The notes beneath the pieces were generated by a model, which worked only from the letters and a program-made list of their open reading frames with translations, searched no databases and was not told the DNA's origin. The position numbers were made by a program, and so were the translations under genes. Source: an uncultured Planctomycetaceae bacterium (lineage in GTDB: Bacteria > Planctomycetota > Planctomycetia > Pirellulales > PALSA-1355). Taken from it: a stretch of DNA of 64,000 bases. The stretch is from assembly GCA_963785305.1 (NCBI GenBank), contig CAWAUV010000008.1, positions 320,001 through 384,000 on the forward strand, given 5' to 3'. Positions 32,385-42,996 of this stretch are shown here, in pieces (position 1 is the first letter of the stretch; each line of letters starts with the position of its first letter).

Positions 32385-35300
32385 ATGATGACGTTGTTTC
32401 CGAGTTGTTTAGCGGCCCCTCTCAAATTACCCCGAACGATCGTTCGACGCCAGAACACCGCCGGCGCGGCCAACCTCGACGGCAGCCTGACGCAACAGCT
32501 TTCCTCGAACCTGACCTTCGGCCACACCGAGCAAGGCGCCTACAGCCTCGCCTCCGCCGGCCTGTCGCTCGACGTGACCCAACTGGTCGACGCGGAGCAA
32601 ATGACCAGCGCGTCGCAAGAACAAGTCTCGGGCACGCAATACGGCGTGGCCGACGGCGATGGCGAGAATCAGAATTCGGCGAATGTCGTGAACTTCGTCT
32701 CCGACACCGAGACGAACAACGGCGCCACGACCGGCGCCTACACGCTCTCGCCGGGCGCGCCGCTGAGCGCCACCCAGACCGGCGGCGCCGACGACGAGTC
32801 GGACACCACCAATTACTCGACCAGCGAAACGCTCTCCGACGGCGACGGCGGCACGGAAACGGACACCTACTCCGAAACCGACACCGACGAAAACGACGAC
32901 ACCTTAAGCTCGGCGAGCGGCGGCGCCTCGCCCACCGACAGCTATACGAACACCGCCGATCAGATCATCGCTCAAACCTCGACCGACTCCGGCGATCAGA
33001 ACAACAGCCAGTCCCAAGCCTACGCCTCCGACAGCACGAACATCAGCTTCTCCGACTCGGGAACCGACACGGAAAGCCCCGCCGGCGATTCCGATTCCGG
33101 CAATTTCAACGTGACCGACACGGAATCCGACCTCGGTTTCGGCCACGATATATCGCCGGAGAGCGATAGCAACGACACTTACACGGACATCCCCTCGGCC
33201 TATCTCTCCGACTATTTGAAGTTCACGGACACCGGCACGTATTCGCTCTCTCCCGGCGTGGTCGCCGCCGCGGTCGGTAATTTCACGGTAAACGACAACG
33301 GCGTGACGACTGTTTCCGACACCGACATCGGCAAAGCGTTCGGCTCGTTCAACGGCAAATTCAATACTGGGTCCAGCGACACCGACAAGGCCACCGAAGT
33401 CGATCGCGGAACCGCCGATTCCGTGGGCGACGTCTCGGGCAGCGAAGTCGACACCGACAACAACGTCGACAACTTTTCGTACACCGACTCCGGCAGCGAA
33501 ACGCCCGACTCGAACGACAACGTGTACCTCTCCGATAAAATCAACGGAAGCGACAAGTCGACGGCGAGCGTCTCGACCACCTTCAGCGACACGACGGCCA
33601 CCAGCAGCGCCAGCAGTTCGTTCAGCGAGTCCGCCGGCGACCATCTCTCGGGCTTCGACTCCAGCGACGACGATTACACCGCCCCGCAAGACGGCGACCA
33701 TGGAGATATCGACGTCGTCGACACGGGCGGCGCCAGCGATGGCGTTTCCGAAAGCGGCGTGCTGGTCAATGTTTCGGGCTCCGGCATCGCGACCACGAGC
33801 GCGGCCACGGTGAGTTTCGGTCAAACCGATTCGGCGAACGACACCGAATCGCTCCAACAAGACGCCAGTTACACCGACAGCCTCGGCGGCTCGTACGACG
33901 ACCACGACACGAACACCGACACCGAAGGTGACAGCGCCACCGGCCTCTACACATCGGCCGCCTCTGGCGAAACGCTCAGTGAATCATTTAGCCAAAGCGC
34001 CACCGACACCGATCAAGACAATCTCAAGGAGGATCGCGGTTACGACAACAGCTCGCAATCGGGCGACGTGGCCCGCGCCTTCAATGATTTCGCCGGCGTC
34101 CAATTCAAGCAAAGCGGCACATACAAGAGCAGCCCCAGCGCGACGAATTCCTCGGCCGCCTTCACGCTCGCCGACAGCCAGAACGACAACGACACGCTCA
34201 CCGACAACGGCAGCTACGAAGGCAATCTCGTCGGCCAGTTCACCGATAGCGATCTCATCAAGAACATCGGCTCGCTCGTCGAGAACGGCTCGGTGATCGT
34301 GGGCGGCGCGAGTGCCGGCTCGACCGTCACCGCCACGCAAACCGCCTTCGACAGCGTCGACGACAATTACACCACCGGCTTCCAAGACGACATTTCATCC
34401 CAAGATGAACCCGACTACAAAGACCACGATCGGGACTATATCCACGCGAGTCAGAGCCAGTCGTCCACCGCCACCACCGACGCCTCGGGCAATACCACGC
34501 TCACCGGCAAGTCGGTCGAATCCGACGGCGCCGACGACAGCGACAAGAACGGCGAAAGCGGAACCGAGCCCGATTCCGGCGCCGCGCCCGAGCAATATTC
34601 CGACACCGACACCAATACCGACGACGAGTCCGACTCGAGCACCGACAACTTCGCCTACACGCTCTCGTCCGGCGCGCTCGCGCCCACCGGCGGCTCGACC
34701 GATAACTATTCCGATGCCGACACGAATGTCGACCACGACAACTCGAACGAGACCATCTACTACACCAACGCCGGCGCCGCCGCCTCCGGTAGCCAGACGC
34801 TCTCTCAATCGATCAACGACTTCAAAACGCTGACCGACTCGGGAACCGATACCGACACCGACACGGCCAACACCGCCGCGCCGGGCGGAGTCGATGACCT
34901 CAACGTCGACACCGACACCCAGGTCGACATCCAAAACGACAACTTCAACACCTCCGCCAGCGACTCCGCCACGCTGCTCTCGGCCGGACTCTCGGTCGGC
35001 TCCTATTCCGAAACGCAAACCCAGGGCGATTTCATCGCCGATTCAGTCACCAGCTATCCCGACGAGACCGACGACACCCTCGCGGGAGACTCCACTTCCG
35101 ACAACGGCACGTTCAACGACAGCCAAGGCGACACCTATTCCTCCAGCTACGTCGAGTCGGGCGCCGCGGCCAGTCCGAATGTGCTCGTCGGCGCCGCGCT
35201 CGGATCGGCCGGCGTTTACACCGGCTTTGATTTCGGGATCGGCGGCTCGACCGACGCCCCGTATTCGGACGTCGGCGTCTCAAGCGGATTCGATAGTTCG

Positions 35301-37558
35301 ACCGACTCAGGCTCGTTCAGCGTCGTCAATGGCCTGACGATTTCGTCGACCGACAACTACACCGACACCGATTTCGACCACGCCAGCCAAAATGAATCGA
35401 CGAGTTTCTCGGCCAGCGTCGAAAACCTATATGGTGGCGGCGCCGATTCGAATACCGAAAGCGAATCGCTCTCCGAGTCCGTCTCCTCCAGCGATGATTC
35501 GTCGTATTCCGACGCGGGCACGGTGAGCGTCGCGGGCAATACATCGCTCGATACCGGATCCTTCAGCGCGAGCGACGCCAGCTCGGAAAACGACACCGCC
35601 AGCGACAGCTACGAACAAGACGACTTCGATGGCGGCGTGTTGACCAATCTCTCCGCGACCCAAGGTTACGAACACCACGCCGCCGCCGACCAATATATCC
35701 AGCACGGCACGTACACGATCTCGACCGGCGCCGCCGGAACGATCGATAGCGGGAACATCGTCAGTAGCGAAGTCGAACACGACGGCATCCAGGCCAGCGA
35801 TTCGATCTCGGCTTCCTACAGCGGCTCGGGCATCCAGACCACGCTCGCCTCGCGCGACTTCAACCACGATTTCTCGAGCCAAAACGACGCCGACAATGGA
35901 ATCGATAGCGGCGAGTCGCACGACGCTTCGAGCGATAGCTACTCGCAACGCGTGAGCGACAGTTATCCGAGCGAAGGCCAGAGCGCCAGCGGGCAAGACC
36001 AGATCGAAACATCGCTCGTCACGACCGCGGCCGACAGCCAATGGGCCGCCGGCGCCGGCGCGGCGCAAGCCAATCCGACACCACGACCTATTCCTACGAC
36101 GATGCGTTCAGCCCCGGCTACGGCAGCAGTTGGTCGAGCAGCCAAACAAGCGACCCCTCCCTTTCGACCTTCGCGACCACCGGCAACGGCGGCCAGCAGC
36201 AGTACACCGCCAGCGCGGTGGAAATCATCAGCCAGCATGCCAGCGTGTTCAGCGCGTCCTTGACGACGAACGTGCCTGTCGTCACCGATACCATCAAGAG
36301 CGAGGAAACGGTCCCGCAACAAGCGTGCTTCGTGGCGGGCACGCCGGTGCTCGTCGAAGATGGTTTCAAATTAGTCGAAGACGTGAAAGTCGGCGATGTG
36401 TTCGGCTGCAAGAGCGATGGTGCGCTGCGCGGCCAGTTGTATTGGCGCGTCGTCGAACGGGTTTTCAGACACGGCCCGACGCCGATCCTCGGAGTCGAGA
36501 TCGAGCGCCGCTTGATTCGCGGCACCGCGAATCACCTGTATTACGTCGAAGGTCGCGGCTGGATCAAGGCCGCTGAACTCCAAGTCGGCGATCAGGTGAT
36601 CGGCTACGACGGCCGCTTGCACGCGGTGACGGCGATCGTGGATAATGGCGAAATCGAGCCGGTCTACAACTTCGCCGTGGCCGAACACCATACGTACTTC
36701 GTGGCGAGCCACGATGGCGCGGTCAGCGCGCTGGTGCATAATGATTACATTGAGCAATATTCCCTCTCGAATGGAAAAATCATTCTTCTGTACCACGCGG
36801 GCAACGCCGTAATCACGATTGGGACATTGAATCCAGCAACCGGCGAAGTAATCCGGAGCGGCGCGAATGGGGTTACCTGGAGCACTTCGCAAGATAAAGT
36901 CGAGGACGAAGTCAACAGTTGGGGCGCGACGGATTGGAACGCATGGTTCGCGAACGCCGCGAACGCCACGCGATCGGCCCCGCCGCCCCCAATCGGGGCG
37001 CAACAATCCAGCGGTCTCACGGCGGGCTCATTGGTAAGGAACGATGCCGAGTTCGACCAGGCGACCAACGCCGCGATCGCCGCCAGGGCGCCGATCGTCA
37101 ATGAATTGAAACAAGATGTAAATGGAAAGCTGCAAGATGCCCAAACGGCGATCGACGCGGGGATCACGATCGCCCTCATCGCCATCCCGGGACCGGAGGA
37201 TGTCATCGTTGCCGCCGGCGCCAAGCTCGGCTACGATGTTGTCTCCGTCGGCGGCAAATGGGTCCTCAAATACGGCGGAAAAATCCTTTCCGGCGCGGAT
37301 GAAGCCGCGGCGGCGGCAAGAATCGCTAAGGCGGCAGGCAGCGCGGCGCTCGATCTCGGTAAATTCGTTGGAAAAGCCGCGATCACATCGCCTAATTTGC
37401 CGGCTGGCACGTACACAGCGTTGATCGTTGACGGTCAGGTTTACGTCGCTCGATTCCATTTGATTGCATGGGAGCTTGCCGGGAAGAAAGGCGTCGAGCA
37501 ATTTTACGGTTTTGCGGAGATCGACGCAGCCGGCAACATTGTAAAGCTATTCAAATGA
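32385..37558 (+). pseudogene. Longest carrier C toxin (C3): ~1300-aa Asp/Ser/Thr-rich region, Hint, linker, unassigned tip; frameshift near 36062, probably 5'-truncated
   Basis: ORFs 32385..36263 and 36041..37558 join where intact copies read GCCGGCTCGGGCACAAGC; the first ~20 codons look like non-coding scrap. Confidence 0.8.
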
Positions 37559-37995
37559 ACGAATCAGCCATTTTCAGCATTCAAACGTTTTTTTTGCTGA
37601 CAGGGTGTGAACTCGCGCGATACGTCGAACCGTTCATCGCTAAAGGCTCCGCAGCAGTTCACTATTCGGCCTATGACGTGTTGCGGCAAGGTATCGCAAC
37701 GTTTGACAACGAACATATTGTTTACGCGTTAGAAATATGTATGCTCTTAAATGAAACAGAATTTGCAAGCCAATTACCCAAGTTTCTTTCGCACCGCGAT
37801 GCCTCGGTATCTAGCACCGCCTTTCGGCTGATTTATGACCTCGACCCAGCTTCGGTGCCTTTCGGATTTGCGAGTGCTTTTACCGCCGTCCCGATCGTTG
37901 ATCTCTTCACAACAAATGTAATTTCTGGCGGCGAAGTTCATGTCGGCACAAACAAGACGTTCGTTGACAAACTCATCGCAAAGTTCGACGCGTGA
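37555..37995 (+). CDS. Immunity protein for C3 (146 aa)
   Basis: ATGA overlap with the toxin stop; AT-rich. Confidence 0.75.
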   Translation: MNESAIFSIQTFFLLTGCELARYVEPFIAKGSAAVHYSAYDVLRQGIATFDNEHIVYALEICMLLNETEFASQLPKFLSHRDASVSSTAFRLIYDLDPASVPFGFASAFTAVPIVDLFTTNVISGGEVHVGTNKTFVDKLIAKFDA

Positions 37996-37999
37996 ATTA

Positions 38000-38203
38000 A
38001 AAGGGCGCGGGAGCAAAGGGGACGCGAGTCGAATCGGGGGTCGGTTTTCTTGGGACGGCCGCGGGGACGAAGCGTCGATTGCAATCCACCGCGCGGTTTA
38101 GCGCATGGAAAATCAATCCCTTCGGCGGCATGCCCCCAGCTTAAGCCGGGACGCCTCAAACGTCGGTATCGACTCGCGACCCCGTTTTCGTTCGCCCTTT
38201 TCC
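38000..38203 (-). mobile_element. Mini-RAYT type 2, most complete copy
   Basis: Outer inverted AAAAGGGCG / CGCCCTTTT in addition to the inner inverted repeat. Confidence 0.75.
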
Positions 38204-40010
38204 GATCGACGACGAGAACGTCGTCACCGGCGAAGTCGAACACGACGGCATCCAGGCCAGCGATTCGATCTCGGCTTCCTACAGCGGCTCGGGCATCCAG
38301 ACCACGCTCGCCTCGCGCGACTTCAACCACGATTTCTCGAGCCAAAACGACGCCGACAATGGAATCGATAGCGGCGGTTCGCACGACGCTTCGAGCGATA
38401 GCTACTCGCAAAGCGTGAGCGACAGTTATCCGAGCGAAGGTCAGGGCGCCAGCGGGCAAGACCAGATCGGAACATCGCTCGTCACGACCGCGGCCGACAG
38501 CCAATGGGCCGCCGGCGCCGGCTCGGGCACAAGCCAATCAGACACCACGACCTATTCCTACGACGATGCGTTCAGCCCCGGCTACGGCAGCAGTTGGTCG
38601 AGCAGCCAAACAAGCGACCCCTCCCTTTCGACCTTCGCGACCACCGGCAATGGCGGCCAGCAGCAGTACCCGGCGAGCGCGGCGACATTGGTCAGTCCGC
38701 ATGTGAGCGTGTTCAGCGTTCCGCTCTCGACGAACGTTCCGGTCGTCACCGACACGATCAAAGTGGAGGAAACGGTCCCGCAACAAGCCTGCTTTACGGC
38801 TGACACGCTGATCTTGATGGCGGAGGCGCCGCCGAAGCGGATCGACCAAATCCGCGTGGGCGATGAGGTGCTCTGCAAGGACGATGGCGATCCGTATGGC
38901 GCGCCGCGGCGTCGGGTGGTCGATTCGCTCAAACAGCATCCGCCGACGGCGCTGGTCAGCGTTCATGTACTCGATGAGTTCGGCGTCGAACTAGTCTCGC
39001 GCACGACAGGAAACCATCTCATCTGGACCAGGGAAGCCGGCTGGCTCCAAGCGCGAAAGCTCGAACCCGGTCAGCACGTCATCGGCCACGACAACCGCTT
39101 GCATGAAATATTAAAAGTCGTCGATAATGGCGAAGTCGAGCCGGTTTTCAATTTCTCCGTCGCCGAGTGCCACACCTATTTCATCGCCAACCAAGATGGC
39201 GCGATGAGCGTGCTGGTGCATAATGATTATGTCACATACGAGGAAGGTAAGAATGGCGTAACACTGGTCTATTATCAAGAGAGTTTGTTCGGCGTCGCCG
39301 ATCGTCCACCGGTTTTTATTGGTTCTCTTCAGGGCAACAACGTAATCCACATCGCGCCCGACGGCACGAAAACCGCGGCGTCGTTGGACGCGGTGACGAG
39401 CGAAGTGACAAGCCTCGGCACGACCGGCAACTGGGGTCAATGGTTCAACAAAAATGGTGTGAGCGCGGGCGCTCCAGCGGCGACGAACCTCGAACAGGAG
39501 AAAGGCGGCGCTTTTGCATTGCAACTGAAACTCGACGAGGACAGCAATGCCCAACGCGAGTTGCAAAAGCAAGAAACAATTCCGAAAATCATCGATGGCA
39601 AGACAAACTCAGTCGACATGGCCGAAGCCACATTGGAGCAGGTCACAGTCAACACGCCGATCGACGTCGGCCTCGCGATGGCGGGAGGGTTGGGCCCGCT
39701 CCATCATATCGCAACGAACAAAAACTGGATATCGACGTTGCGCGGCGGTCCCTGGAGCCCACGGTTCGCGGCGATTTTTGAAAAAGCGGGAATGACACTT
39801 GAGGCTGCGGCGAACAAAATAAACATTCCGGGACACGCCGGACCGCATCCCGAAGCGTACCACAAAGAAGTATTTGATCGTTTGAGACGCGCGGTCAACG
39901 GTCTCTCGGGTGAGGCATATAAAAATGCGCTCATGAACGAACTCAACGCGCTCTCGCAGGAAGCGACGACTGCGGGAACTGAACTCAACAAGCTTCTCAA
40001 CGGCGAATAA
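38204..40010 (+). CDS. Orphan cassette C4: Hint plus AHH nuclease (tip identical to C1)
   Basis: ORF 38415..40010. Confidence 0.85.
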
Positions 40011-40023
40011 TACTGGGTGTGAA

Positions 40024-40587
40024 ATGGATTATTGTCGATTACTAACTGATGACAAAGCATACGCGGATCGTTGGTTTCTTGGCGAGCCCGTGACCGACGA
40101 GGGCATCGAGGTCGATGCGCGCGAATTTTGTTATGGCCGCCCGTATTCGGGCCCACGACCTGCCGTTGTTCCGATCCGCCAGTCAGGCCGGTCGGTGGCT
40201 TTCCATTTAGCCGCCTTCAACATGCCGGTCGTTTCGAGCGAGATCGCTGATGTGCTCGAACATTCCGCCCCGGCCGACATTCAACGCTTCCCCGTCACGA
40301 TTGGCAGCGGAATTCGTGGATTCGAGATACTCAACGTGGTTGGAACGGAGCGTTGCGTGGATGAAGTTCGATCAAAGGCACGAAAATGGGGACCCGATGA
40401 CGGCCGCCCGGACAAGGTCGGGCAATACCGCCAGATTACGCGTTTAATAATCGATCCGCGACGAACCATGGGTCGACATTTGCTCAGAATCTGGGGTTCG
40501 TTGGTGGAGTTGATTGTTTCGGAGAAAGTAATGGAATCACTTTCTTCGGTGCCCGATCTTGGAATTGTCTTTGAAAAAGTGACCTGA
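40024..40587 (+). CDS. Imm11-like immunity protein, copy 2
   Basis: One residue different from 21726..22289. Confidence 0.75.
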   Translation: MDYCRLLTDDKAYADRWFLGEPVTDEGIEVDAREFCYGRPYSGPRPAVVPIRQSGRSVAFHLAAFNMPVVSSEIADVLEHSAPADIQRFPVTIGSGIRGFEILNVVGTERCVDEVRSKARKWGPDDGRPDKVGQYRQITRLIIDPRRTMGRHLLRIWGSLVELIVSEKVMESLSSVPDLGIVFEKVT

Positions 40588-40592
40588 TATGC

Positions 40593-41801
40593 GTGTCGCT
40601 TGTCGTTCCGAATACCTCATCGGACGAGGAAACGGTCCCGCAGCAAGCGTGCTTTGTGGCGGGAACGCCGGTGGTTGTGAAAGAAGGCTTCAAGCGGGTC
40701 GAGGATGTCAAACTCGGCGACGAGGTGGCCTGCAAGAGCGATGGCGACCCGTGGGGCGAGCTCTACTGGCGCGTGGTCGACCGGCTATTCAAACATGACC
40801 CGACGCCGATTCTCGGCATCGAAATCGCCGGCCGCCTGATCCGCGGCACCGCGAACCACCTGTATTATGCGGAAGGTCGCGGCTGGATCAAAGCGCGCGA
40901 ACTCCGCGTCGGCGATCAAGTCATCGGCCACGACGGCCGCTTGCACGCGGTGACCGCGATCATCGATAATGGCGAAGTCGAGCCGGTCTACAACTTCGCC
41001 GTCGCCGAACACCATACGTACTTCGTGGCGAGCCAAGACGGCGCGGTGAGCGCGCTGGTGCATAATGATTACATTCAATTTCACGCTAACGGCGTTTACT
41101 GGGTTAACGAAAGCACCAACCCGCCGACGGAGACGAGAATCGGGGAGTTGGTGGCGCCGGGTCAAGTCTCGCTTACAATTGGCAATACTGCGGACGACGC
41201 CGCCCACGGCATGAGACTGGAACAACTTAAAGCCGAGGCCGCGAGAATTACAGCTTTGAAAAAGAATGGGCAGATCGTCGTCTTGGTCACACCGTCCCCG
41301 CCCCCGCGCGGGGAGGAAAGTGACCTTGCGAAAGGTCCAATAACAGGCAACTACGAAAGTCCTCAGGAACAGGACCGAGCAAATGCGAAGGCCTGGGGAA
41401 AAGCCATCGAGTGGACTGTCATAGAAGCCGCGAATGTTCAAGATGCGAACAACAAATTGCGAGCCGCGGCGCAGGCGAATGGCCCGATTGCCGCAATCAT
41501 CATCGAAGGTCACGGCAAGGCGGGCTACCAACGCGTGGGATCGAAAGGCTCCAGCGATCCACAGGCATACATAGATACGACTCCTCAGGGTCGCGCGAAC
41601 GCTCAGATGCTTTTTCTGGGCCTCCAAAACAGCTTGGCGCCAAATGTCGAAATCGTACTCAACGGGTGTGAGGTGGCTGCCGGTTTGGAAGGGGCCGCCT
41701 TAAAAAAAATAATTGAAAGCCAAATCAACGGCACAAACGTCAAAATGTCTAAAAACCCGACGTACTCCATAAACTCACCCCGATTGAACGTGGACAACTG
41801 A
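40593..41801 (+). CDS. Orphan cassette C5: Hint plus clan-CD-like His-Cys protease tip
   Basis: IIIEGHG...IVLNGCEVA; paralog of C2. Confidence 0.75.
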   Translation: MSLVVPNTSSDEETVPQQACFVAGTPVVVKEGFKRVEDVKLGDEVACKSDGDPWGELYWRVVDRLFKHDPTPILGIEIAGRLIRGTANHLYYAEGRGWIKARELRVGDQVIGHDGRLHAVTAIIDNGEVEPVYNFAVAEHHTYFVASQDGAVSALVHNDYIQFHANGVYWVNESTNPPTETRIGELVAPGQVSLTIGNTADDAAHGMRLEQLKAEAARITALKKNGQIVVLVTPSPPPRGEESDLAKGPITGNYESPQEQDRANAKAWGKAIEWTVIEAANVQDANNKLRAAAQANGPIAAIIIEGHGKAGYQRVGSKGSSDPQAYIDTTPQGRANAQMLFLGLQNSLAPNVEIVLNGCEVAAGLEGAALKKIIESQINGTNVKMSKNPTYSINSPRLNVDN

Positions 41802-41802
41802 A

Positions 41803-42618
41803 ATGAAAACGTCATACTCGTTGCGTTCGTTGGTGATTGCGATCGCACTTTTCTGCGCGGCGTTCGTGGCCGTGCCCGAATGCTACGATTGGATGCGCTG
41901 GAAAACCATGACCGGCGATGAGATTTGCAAAATCCGCCATGATGACTTTCGCGGCGATTTTTCAGTTTCCGTTAGTACGCTCGAAGATGGCGAATGCCGC
42001 GATTTTAAGTGGATTTCGATGCTTCGAGCGCTTTCGACTCGGGCTTCGCATCTCGTGAGTCTTGATCTCGACGAATGCGCGAGCTGCCGAACTCAAATCG
42101 GCGACGATGCGATGGCCGAGATCGCTTCGTTTCATGAACTTAAAGAACTTCGTATAGCATTCCGAACGTCGGCGACGCAATATGTATCGTTGAGCTCGTT
42201 TGTGCGCCTTCGCAATCTCTCGAAATTGAGACAACTGACGCTGTATAGGGCGAGGGAACTCAACGCCGATCGAGTTCGGTGTCTGGGCACGTTTCCGTCG
42301 CTGACCCAACTATCGTTACCTGGTTGCCGTTTTGCGCGAGGTGCGGTCCAAGAATTGACGAATTGTCGACGGCTTGAATGCCTCGATTGCAGCGACTGCG
42401 ATCTTGACGACAGCGACCTCATGATCCTCGCCCAAATCTCATCGCTCCGCAAGTTCGTGGTGGCGTGTGATTCGCGTCATCATGCGAAAATAACCGACGC
42501 TGGAGTTTCTCGATTGCAGGCTCACCGCCCCGATTTGGAAATTCATATTAATAGTGCTGGAAACGAGGGCCGCGGCCACACGAGCAGTTGTTGCGAACCG
42601 AGTTGGTGGTTGGACTGA
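41803..42618 (+). CDS. Membrane-anchored LRR immunity protein (271 aa)
   Basis: YSLRSL plus hydrophobic helix; LRR repeats; ITDAGVSRLQAHRPDL cap. Confidence 0.75.
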   Translation: MKTSYSLRSLVIAIALFCAAFVAVPECYDWMRWKTMTGDEICKIRHDDFRGDFSVSVSTLEDGECRDFKWISMLRALSTRASHLVSLDLDECASCRTQIGDDAMAEIASFHELKELRIAFRTSATQYVSLSSFVRLRNLSKLRQLTLYRARELNADRVRCLGTFPSLTQLSLPGCRFARGAVQELTNCRRLECLDCSDCDLDDSDLMILAQISSLRKFVVACDSRHHAKITDAGVSRLQAHRPDLEIHINSAGNEGRGHTSSCCEPSWWLD

Positions 42619-42653
42619 AAGCCCCGTAGGGTCAAAAATCTCGGCCGAGGGGT

Positions 42654-42996
42654 TGTCCCTCCCGAAAACTCTATCCGGGGGAGTTGGGGCATGTTTGAGG
42701 TGTCGAATTGAAAATCAGCCCGCAATGCGAGCCAAGGTTTTTTGATGAGAACGAGTGAAAACAGGCCCGGAGAGCCTGTTTTCACTGATCGGTGCGCGGC
42801 CTTGCCTTCGGCGTGATGGTCGTGGTTGAAAAGCATGGGGACGCGAGGCGGCGCGGGTGTAGCGGTGATGGAGGCCGCCGACTTGTGGAATGGATCGCAC
42901 CGGACCGCGCTCGGGCGGCACGACTTCGCGAGGATTGGGCGAGTTGCCCTCGAGCGAAAGATGAGTTCTTGAATTGTTGTGGTAGTCGAAGTAATC
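42654..42996 (-). mobile_element. Right-end fragment of the rve-type IS (variant end)
   Basis: TGTCCCTCCCGAAAAC; minus strand encodes HNNSRTHLSLEGNSP...GGLHHRYTRAA. Confidence 0.75.
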
